Shown: in pieces, positions 54,645 through 64,000 of the stretch
Numbering within the stretch: position 1 is the first letter of the stretch
How the letters are laid out: each line of letters opens with the position of its first letter
Assembly: GCA_964016885.1 (NCBI GenBank)
Contig: OZ024760.1
Location: 16,740,001 to 16,804,000 of the forward strand
Length of the DNA stretch: 64,000 nt
Direction of reading: 5' to 3'
Source of the DNA: Eledone cirrhosa
Taxonomy: Eukaryota
Position numbers and translations under genes: made by a program
Notes under the pieces: generated by a model
The model's input: the letters and a program-made list of their open reading frames with translations, nothing else
The model's database searches: none
What the model was told of the DNA's origin: nothing

Positions 54645-56028
54645 AGGAGGATCAATTTAAAGGAAATACAGGGGGATCAGTTGAAAGAAGATAGAGGATC
54701 AATTTAAAGAAAATAGAGGAGGATCAGTTAAAGGAAATACAGGGGGATCAGTTGAAAGAAGATAGAGGATCAATTTAAAGAAAATAGAGGAGGATCAGTT
54801 AAAGGAAATACAGGGGGATCAGTTGAAAGAAGATAGAGGATCAATTTAAAGAAAATAGAGGAGGATCAGTTAAAGGAAATACAGGGGGATCAGTTGAAAG
54901 AAGATAGAGGATCAATTTAAAGAAAATAAAGGAGGATCAGTTAAAGGAAATACAGGGGGATCAGTTGAAAGAAGATAGAGGATCAGTTTAAAGAAAATAA
55001 AGGAGGATCAGTTAAAGGAAATACAGGGGGATCAGTTGAAAGAAGATAGAGGATCAGTTTAAAGAAAATAAAGGAGGATCAGTTAAAGGAAATACAGGGG
55101 GATCAGTTGAAAGAAAATAGAGGATCAATTTAAAGAAAATAAAGGAGGATCAGTTAAAGGAAATACAGGGGGATCAGTTGAAAGAAAATAGAGGATCAAT
55201 TTAAAGAAAATAAAGGAGGATCAGTTAAAGGAAATACAGGGGGATCAGTTGAAAGAAAATAGAGGATCAATTTAAAGAAAATAAAGGAGGATCAGTTAAA
55301 GGAAATACAGGGGGATCAGTTGAAAGAAAATAGAGGATCAATTTAAAGAAAATAAAGGAGGATCAGTTAAAGGAAATACAGGGGGATCAGTTGAAAGAAG
55401 ATAGAGGATCAGTTTAAAGAAAATAAAGGAGGATCAGTTAAAGGAAATACAGGGGATCAGTTGAAAGAAAATAGAGGAGGATCAGTTAAGGGAAATACAG
55501 GGGGATCAGTTGAAAGATAGAGGATCAATTTAAAGAAAATAAAGGAGGTTCAGTTAAAGGAAATACAGGGGGATCAGTTGAAAGAAGATAGAGGATCAAT
55601 TTAAAGAAAATAAAGGAGGATCAGTTAAAGGAAATACAGGGGGGATCAGTTGAAAGAAGATAGAGGATCAATTTAAAGAAAATAAAGGAGGATCAGTTAA
55701 AGGAAATACAGGGGGATCAGTTAAAAGAAGATAGAGGATCAGTTTAAAGAAAATAAAGGAGGATCAGTTAAAGGAAATACAGGGGATCAGTTGAAAGAAA
55801 ATAGAGGAGGATCAGTTAAAGGAAATACAGGGGGATCAGTTGAAAGATAGAGGATCAATTTAAAGAAAATAAAGGAGGATCAGTTAAAGGAAATACAGGG
55901 GGATCAGTTGAAAGAAGATAGAGGATCAGTTTAAAGAAAATAAAGGAGGATCAGTTAAAGGAAATACAGGGGGATCAGTTGAAAGAAGATAGAGGATCAG
56001 TTTAAAGAAAATACCAGAGGATCAGTTA
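54645..56028. repeat. 71-bp higher-order satellite (~19 copies) made of three GGATCA subunits
   Basis: Period 54671 to 54742; strongly purine-skewed. Confidence 0.9.
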
Positions 56029-56034
56029 ATTATG

Positions 56035-56158
56035 ATTTTATTCAACATATTCCCTTCTCAGATTCACACACTTATTGCAACAGTCCTGCGTCCCCTGTAA
56101 AGGTAACAGCTCTACCCATTTACAAATCCTTAAGCCAGGAACTTTTCAGCACCCCTGT
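56035..56158 (-). mobile_element. Mariner-like terminal fragment
   Basis: Minus strand TA-CAGGGGTGCTGAAAAGTTCCTGGCTT, typical of Tc1/mariner TIRs. Confidence 0.5.
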
Positions 56159-56195
56159 ACATGCCGCACTAAAAATTGCCATTTCATATTTGTGG

Positions 56196-56235
<40 letters not shown>

Positions 56236-56254
56236 GTGTACATATGGTGTTACA

Positions 56255-56304
<50 letters not shown>

Positions 56305-56316
56305 GGTGTTACAGTG

Positions 56317-56350
<34 letters not shown>

Positions 56351-56729
56351 TGTACATACCACTATATATATATATACATATATATCGTGGTATATATATA
56401 TTGGTAACATATCTGGTGCTATCATCTATTTTTGGTATCATGTTTATCATATTATGTATGTACTTAGGGTGCCAATGTCATTAAGGTGCCATGAATATTA
56501 TTATGTTAATTTATTTAAATAATATTGTTGTCATTTTTAAAATAACAAAAACAAAAAAAAAATTTGAACACTTGCTTATATTTGTCTTGTTGTTATTATT
56601 TTTATTATTATTTTTATTATTACCGCCAAGGTTAACTTTGCCTTTCATCCTTCCGGGGTCGATAGAATAAAGTACCAGTAATGCACTGGGTAATTGCTGG
56701 CCTTGTGCCAAAAGTAGAAACAATTATTA

Positions 56730-57187
56730 TTTTTTATTATTGGAGTCTCAGTCATTGATGTTATTTAACTGGAAAGTTTGTTCAAATGAACATCAAGTCG
56801 CTACCTGGAGCCTCAGATATTCAGGACGTTTCAGAGGGTTGTTGCTGTTCCCAGCAAGCATGACTTTTGAAGTGTTTCAAAAAAGGGGGCTGGCCTAATA
56901 TTCTTTAACCATCCTTGAAAACACGAGATAGTACCTAGTGCTCCTACAACAATCAGGACGACCTTGATCTCATGACAGTCCCAAATCCTTTTTAATTCCC
57001 ACTTTAAATCCTGGTATCGGTTAATTTTCTCCTCCCCGTTTTCATGCACTCTTGTGTGAAAGGGGCAGGTTACATCTACAATCAGACACAATCTTTTTTT
57101 CTTTGTCAAAAACCACCAGGTCAGGCCTATTGTGTTCTAATTTCTTGTCTGTCTGTATCCTAAATTCTTGTAGCACCTTTACTTCTA
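56730..57187 (-). mobile_element. R4/Dong-like non-LTR fragment, restriction-like endonuclease domain
   Basis: F.IQTDKKLEHNRPDLVV..KKRLCLIVDVTCP....EEKINRYQDLKWELKRIW....LIVVGALGTI...LQKSCLLGTA; ends in (TAA)n. Confidence 0.85.
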
Positions 57188-57319
57188 TGGATTGGCAGAA
57201 TCGGTAGAGGGTCGACCCTTTACCGAGTTCAAATTCCGTTGAGGTTAACTTTGCCTTTCATCCTTACGGGATCAATAAAATACAGTACCAGTAATGTACT
57301 GGAATAATTGCTGGAGATA

Positions 57320-57648
57320 ATGAAACACACTCTATTTTAATTAATTAATGAAGAATTTTGAGGGATTTACTAAAATTATTAATTATTTCATTACTTAGAT
57401 AGTAACTTAATGTAGGGTTGTGATATAAAATTATGTTGGGAGGTTTTGATTTAAATTGGAAACCTTTAAAATGGGTGATTTTATTTCATAGAATCAGAGC
57501 CGGTTTTGGTTGGGTTGGTAACTAAAGGGCTAATTAAAGATTCTTATATAAAAATTATGTTGGAAGATTTAGGTTTAAATTGAAAACCTTTAAAATGTGT
57601 GCCAAAACCAGAGCTGGTTTTGGCCGAGTTGGTAACGAAAGGGTTAAA
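57320..57648. mobile_element. Tandemly duplicated TTAA-terminated DNA transposon end (piggyBac-like)
   Basis: Two related segments ending AAAGGGCTAA (57533) and AAAGGGTTAA (57648). Confidence 0.4.
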
Positions 57649-58575
57649 CATTTGAGGGCAAAGGTGAAGTGAGCAGTCGCTATATTTACTCTCTTTATTC
57701 CTAAACACATACACCACACAGTTATAATAACCTTGCTCCAATATTGATCTAAAGTTGTCCCAGTAGTTGACACAGTATATCGATTCTGGAGCTGAAACTG
57801 ATACAAGTCTCTGATATCACTTTCCATTAAGTTTGCTCTTATCTTAGGGCGGTGGAGTGGCAGTATCGGTAGAGGGTTGGACGCCATGCTTTCTAGCATA
57901 GTTACGTCCCTTTACAGTCTGAGTTCAAATCCCGCCGAGGTTAACTTTGCCTTTCATCCTTACTGGGTCGATAAAATAAAGTACCAGTAATGTACTGGGT
58001 AATTGCTGGCCTTGTGCCTAAAGTAGAAACAATTAAGTTTGCTCTGATCAGATAGCTCTCCAGATATATTTCTCTAGATGATCAGATGTCTCTCCGCTTA
58101 TATTTGTGTAGACAATTTGAAAATCAAATATTCTTCTTAAGTTTTATCTTGATAACTACTGGTCTAACCCATGCTAGTGCGGAAAATGGACGTTAAATGG
58201 TGGCGGTGTGACCTACCTTGATAACAACCAATCTCTGGATCTGCTGAATGCATGGCAGGCAGCCTCATATAGAACTTCTGTTAACTCTTTAACTTTTAAA
58301 CCAGCCGTATCCGGTCAGAATTCTCTCACGTCTTTCTGTTCAAACTGGCCATAACCGGCTGCTTATACTGATGTTGTGTAGATGACACAACAAAAAGCAC
58401 CCAGCACACACTGTAAATGTGGTTGGCATTAGCAAGGGCATCCATCTATAGAGACAAAGACAAAATCAGTTCGGTGTGAATAAAACACGGTCCTATGACC
58501 TGGATCTCTCACAATGGGACACTCTGTCCTACCCATGTTAACATGGAAAATGGACATTAAACAATATATATATGA

Positions 58576-58628
<53 letters not shown>

Positions 58629-58943
58629 AATAGAGTCTGTGGTGTTGAGACTGAGGAGAGCACTAAGCTTATGAGTACTTGATACATGGGGAGATGTAGA
58701 GGGTGTAGAGATGTGTAAAATCCCGAAAAAGCCAAAAACGCTTGACCCCGTGGTCAGGATTTTACATCTCTCTCTCTCTATATATATATATATAGTATTT
58801 ACGTATCGAGAAAGAGAGAAAAAGGAGGGATAGGTGATACATATAGTTATTTGCCAAGTAGCGTATGCCAAAGGTGCTCGATACTAGTGCCGGCAGTATT
58901 AAATATTCGAAGTGTTAATATTTAGTGGGCTAGAGAGTTATAT

Positions 58944-59240
58944 ATATAAGGAATAGAAATTGAAAATGTAACTGGAGTCTTTTAATAATATTTATTTATT
59001 TACTTTACCAGTTTCACAGTTCTTATGATTTTCAAAAGTAAAACTGAGATGGAGGGTTTGCGTTTCTGTTGTGGTTTGTCTTGTCTAGATGCAAGACAAA
59101 CCAGAAACCCTCCATCTCAGTTTTACTTTTCAAAAGCATAAGAACTGTGAAACTGGTAAAGTAAATAAATAAATATTATTAAAAGACTCCAGTTACATTT
59201 TCAATTTCTTTTCCTTATACTTACACTCGTGTGGGACATT
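58944..59240. mobile_element. Fold-back element with U3-A8 variant hammerhead; related tail at 8221-8375
   Basis: Arms 58944-59059 and 59106-59219; TTTACTT TTGAAAA ..GAAA CTGG TA AAGTAAA. Confidence 0.65.
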
Positions 59241-59278
59241 TTTTTTTTTTAAACCCATATATATATATTTATATATAT

Positions 59279-59885
59279 AAAATAAAGTTAAATAAAAGTC
59301 AAATGATTAAAATTTAGCTTCGTTTATTACTGCTATATATATTTCAGTGACAGCCATCTTTTGCTGTGACCTCTTCAGGCAGTTTTAATTAGTATGGTAT
59401 AGACAAGTACATATGTTGTTTAGGTGTATAATATTGTCAATACTCTGATATGCCCAGTTCCTTGTTGGGTTGTTATTTCACTGAGGAACTGGGCATATCA
59501 GAGTATTGACAATATTATACACCTAAACAACATATGTACTTGTTTCACTGAGGAACTGGAGTCATATGACTCCAGTTCCCCAGTGAAATAACAACCCAAC
59601 AAGGAACTGGGCATATCAGAGTATTGACAATATTATACACCTAAACAACATATGTACTTGTCTATACCATACTAATTCAAACTGCCTGAAGAGGTCACAG
59701 CCAAAGATGGCTGTCACTGAAATATATATAGCAGTAATAAACGAAGCTAAATTTTAATCATTTGACTTTTATTTAACTTTATTTTACACTACTCCGGAGT
59801 AACCAAACCAACCTGCGCACTTCGTCGAGTGCTCCAGCCTGCATACTGAGGTGTTGGTATACAACCAACATAAACTCAAAATCTA
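59279..59885. mobile_element. Family J multi-inverted element with hammerheads on both strands
   Basis: Outer arms of ~210 bp, nested internal inversions, tail ACTC..GAGTGCTC. Confidence 0.75.
59681..59735 (+). ncRNA. Minimal type I hammerhead ribozyme motif
   Basis: ACTGC CTGAAGA GGT-CACAGCCA-AAGA-TGGCTGT-CACT GAAA TATATA TA GCAGT. Confidence 0.8.
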
Positions 59886-60715
59886 TTTATATATATATAC
59901 AAACACATACAAACATACACATGGATAGTATTTTGGGTGTGTAAAGCAATCAGCTATAGGCTTCTCTAATAATCTAATTCATTTTTTAATTTGATATGAT
60001 AATAATAGTAATATATATGTGACAAATGTTAGGACAACAACAATAATTACAACAGCTGGTGTGTATGAGATACATTCTCAGGCCCAAATCCTCTTCCCTC
60101 TTATCATTTGCCCTCATTTTCTAATGTATATATTCTTCTATCCTCACTCTACCACACCATCTGGCTCATTAACCGAGAACAAAATATCAAAAACTCTCAT
60201 TAGGTTCTTGCTTCAACGAAACAATCAATACTTGTGTACCTATGTATGGACTTATTGATACACTAGAGTTACAGTTTCATATTTTATCAAAAACCCTGTA
60301 ACACCTGATGCTTACATGCTAACCAACAGGATTGTTGTTGAGATATAATGACAAAACAGGGACGAAAGCTCACATGTTGTTGTGTTACAGTTTATCTTTG
60401 TTTATTTAAAACTATGTTTGGCACACATACACATAATCACGTAGACATGTACTGTTAAGAAGTTTGGGTCCACAGCCACGTGGTATCTGGCTGTGTTAGA
60501 TTCTACTCCACACCAACTTGGAGGGCTGTGTCATCCACCATAGCCTAGACAGACCAATTGAACAGGGGTTTCGAGACTAGAAATAGATAGTAACTTAACC
60601 ACTACCATGCTAGTCCATACATCGATCTTCCATGATCAATCAACCCTTTGAAACAATCGTAAAACAATGAACTAACTATCTACCTATCTCTGATTTATGT
60701 CTTTTTTTTTCATTG

Positions 60716-60775
<60 letters not shown>

Positions 60776-60806
60776 AGATCAAAAGATGGTTAAAAGAGTT
60801 CCATGT

Positions 60807-60875
60807 ATTTTATTATGCGCATTTCAAAAACAAATATCATCATGCAATAACATTTGCGTTTTCATCAGATAAAAT
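60807..60875 (-). ncRNA. Hammerhead ribozyme motif (family P, element 60771-60970; truncated sister at 22900-23025)
   Basis: Minus strand: ATTTTAT CTGATGA AAAC..TTTT GAAA TGCGCA TA ATAAAAT. Confidence 0.75.
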
Positions 60876-60966
60876 AGGGAGACATGATATGAAGGTTAAA
60901 ACACACTTGTGAATAGTGCAGTATTAAATCAACATATTTTATTGTACTACAATAAAACTCACCTCC

Positions 60967-61070
<104 letters not shown>

Positions 61071-61116
61071 ATATGGAAAACAAAGAATCAGTGTACATCG
61101 AAACACAATTTATTAA

Positions 61117-61207
61117 CGTATTACAAGTGTTTCTGCGGCGAACAGCTCGAGGTGCGATCTGTTTGTGGATCGAACCTGACTCTGGATTCGCAAGTTCCTC
61201 AGATACG
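61117..61207 (-). ncRNA. Hammerhead motif with enlarged stem II (family D relative, element 61072-61320)
   Basis: Minus strand: CGTAT CTGAGGA ACT-TGCG..(~50 nt)..CGCA GAAA CACTTG TA ATACG. Confidence 0.65.
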
Positions 61208-61926
61208 TCTTGTGACGTCAAAGCAAATCCTCTGTCTGTTCCATATTATTATACTCTGCTCAGAAGGAGCATAGAGTGCTCAACCGGCATACCGCCTATG
61301 GACGCATCCAAGCAACCTTACTACAAATATATATATAGAAGACCCGCCTTGCCTATGTACAAAGCGAAACCTACAGTCAGTAGGCACCTCTTAACCAAAT
61401 ATACACCCCAATCCACTACCCCTACCCTATCCTCCCACTCCCACCAACACCACCCTCTCTCTATAAAGTTGGTACCACAACATCCAGTCCAAATAAAGGA
61501 GATCGAGGTCGTGTAGGTGTCATGACAACAAAAAAACACACAGTCCCCGCTGTAATGTGGCCGTGTAGGTAACACGGTAAAAAGTTCCCAGTTCCACACT
61601 GGTTGGTGTTAGGAAGGGCATCCAGCCGTAGAAAACCTGTCAGACAGTCCTGTATGAGCGAGACATGGTCACCCGACCAGCCTTGCCTCAAGTGGGACAA
61701 CTCCCGTCTAACCCATGCTAGCGTGGAAAATGGACGTTAAACGAAGATGATGATGATGATGATGATATATATATATATATATATATAATTAGAAAGTGAA
61801 AAACACAATATATAACTAATCCATTACCAAAGGTTTCTGGACCCTAGACAATATTAACCTACGTCTAGGTCGCTAATCAGAAAGAGGGGTTATATCCCTC
61901 TTTCTAATGAGCGATGATGTAACCCC

Positions 61927-61992
61927 TCTGTCTGATGAGTGATCTAGACGTAGGTTAATATTGTCTAGGGTCCTGAAACCTTTGGTAATGGA
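61927..61992 (+). ncRNA. Hammerhead ribozyme motif (family I)
   Basis: TCTGT CTGATGA GT-GATCTAGAC..GTCTAGGGTC-CT GAAA CC-TTT-GG TA ATGGA. Confidence 0.7.
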
Positions 61993-62436
61993 TTAGTTAT
62001 ATATTGTGTTGTTCACTTTATAATTAAATAGCTCTGTTCTATACATAGAGCACTCTTTTTTCCTTTGCTTTTTCTTCGGAAATACTTCACACACACACAC
62101 ACACATATATATTTTTAAAATATATATATATTAGAATAACAGATTAAAGTTTAAGCAAAGAATCTTTGGATTTTATTCTTTGCATTTATTAATATTACTA
62201 TATATATATATATATAGGAACAAGTATGACCCCGACGGCAGAGCTCAAGCCGTTTCGATGGCTATTTCTGGACTCAGAAATAGCCGTCGAAACGGCTTGA
62301 GCTCAGCCGTCGGGGTCCTACTCGTTCCTATTACCCACTCTACTACACTAAGTATTGAGTACTTTGGTGCGTTATGGTCCATCTGTTTCCTTACCACAGC
62401 TCCTTCGTTTCATATATACATATATATAATCATCCC

Positions 62437-62491
<55 letters not shown>

Positions 62492-62636
62492 TAGTTTTTG
62501 ATCCCCTATGATGGAACACATATCTCTATGTGTACTTCTCTCTATATATTGATTTATAAAGAGCCCTGAATATATATATTGAGATCCCTAAATTATAGGG
62601 GATTAATGTGAGTTTTTAACTCCGTTAATTAATTTG

Positions 62637-62668
<32 letters not shown>

Positions 62669-62898
62669 ATATATATATATAACGAAGGAGGTGTGGTAAG
62701 GAACCAGATGGACCATAACGCACCAAAGTACTCAATACTTAGGGTAGTAGAGTGGGTAATAGGAACAAGTATGACCCCGACGGCAGAGCTCAAGCCGTTT
62801 CGACAGAGTCCAGAATTAGCCGTCGAATATGTGTGTGTGTGTGTATATATATATATGTGTGTATATATGTATATATATATGTGTGTGTATGTATGTAG

Positions 62899-62936
<38 letters not shown>

Positions 62937-63036
62937 ACATACATACACAAACATATGTATATATATATACTCACATATATATATATGTGTGTGTGAGTGT
63001 TATATATAGATTTTATATATAATGTATATAAGCATA

Positions 63037-63067
<31 letters not shown>

Positions 63068-63454
63068 GTTTATATGTGTGTGTGTATGTGTCAATGAAAG
63101 AGTGAGAGAGTGTGTGTGTGTATGAGAAAGGGGGAGAGATAGACAGATAGAGGGGGAGAGGAAGAAATAAGATGGGGGGGGGGAGATAAAATAAGTTTCA
63201 AAGAAAAGATAACTGTGGCGGTGGGGTGGGTTTGCAAGCGGGACGGGGGGGGGGATAAGCGTGACACCCTGGTGGGGCAAAAACTGAAATTAGAAATTAC
63301 TTTGTATATATCTATATATATATATATATATATATATACAATATATATAAATATATATATATTTATATAATATATATATGTATGTATTTGTGTGGATATA
63401 TATAAATGTATATATATATATATATAAATATATATATGTTTATATAATATATAG

Positions 63455-63531
63455 ACGGTGTTCCCAAAAAATGTATACACACTTCAACAGCATTGTAATC
63501 AAAGTGTCTATACATTTTTGGGGTACACCCT
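63455..63531. mobile_element. Small Tc1/mariner-like MITE; related end at 29555-29590
   Basis: GGTGTTCCCAAAAAATGTATACAC / GTGTCTATACATTTTTGGGGTACACCCTG imperfect TIRs. Confidence 0.55.
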
Positions 63532-64000
63532 GCATATATATATATATGTGTGTATGCTTTTGTATGTGTGCGTGTGTGTGTATGAAATAAATTAAAAATT
63601 GTTTTGTGTGTATAAAGATGTATAAATATATGTATGTATGTATGTATATATATATATATATGTATATATATATGTATATTTATATATATGTATATATGTA
63701 TATTTATATATATATATATGTATATGTATACATATGTATATTTATATATATATATATACATATGTATATTTATATATATGTATATATATATATATGTATA
63801 TATATAGTGTGTGTGTGTGTGTACGTGTGGGTCTGCGTGTGTGTGTGTGTGTGTACAGAAGACCTCAAAAGAATCATTTATAGACCGCCAAAGTCTTTTA
63901 ATAGAAGAAGTTTAATTAATACAGAGAAGGAAATGTCTGGTCAGACATTTAGTGGAATGTTATGGGGGGGATAGGGGGTAGGGGTGTCAGGGAGAGGTGT

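Overview
Eukaryotic, very AT- and microsatellite-rich animal DNA. The repeat content (RTE LINEs, CORE- and Meta-type tRNA SINEs, massive (TA)n) suggests an octopod cephalopod; this is inference. Almost all ORFs in the supplied track are microsatellite artefacts. Two real spliced + strand transporter genes can be assembled with consistent splice phases: the last five coding exons of an SLC18B1-like MFS transporter (1158-7321) and a 549-aa SLC16/MCT-like transporter (16704-51549; the link to its two 5' exons crosses an assembly gap). The most striking signal is about a dozen distinct families of short (100-600 bp) elements embedded in (TA)n. Many are fold-back inverted duplications, and most carry minimal hammerhead ribozyme motifs (about 20-25 cores by manual reading, including CCGUYGA and UUGAAAA core variants). 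Most share a small ACTC...GAGT hairpin tail that begins where the inverted arm stops. This fits remnants of Penelope-like element pLTRs or non-autonomous retrozyme-like elements that target (TA)n. Also present: RTE, R4/Dong and Merlin fragments, mariner/Tigger MITEs, several minisatellites born from transposon pieces, and a 200-N gap. All coordinates were read by hand; repeat boundaries are approximate.
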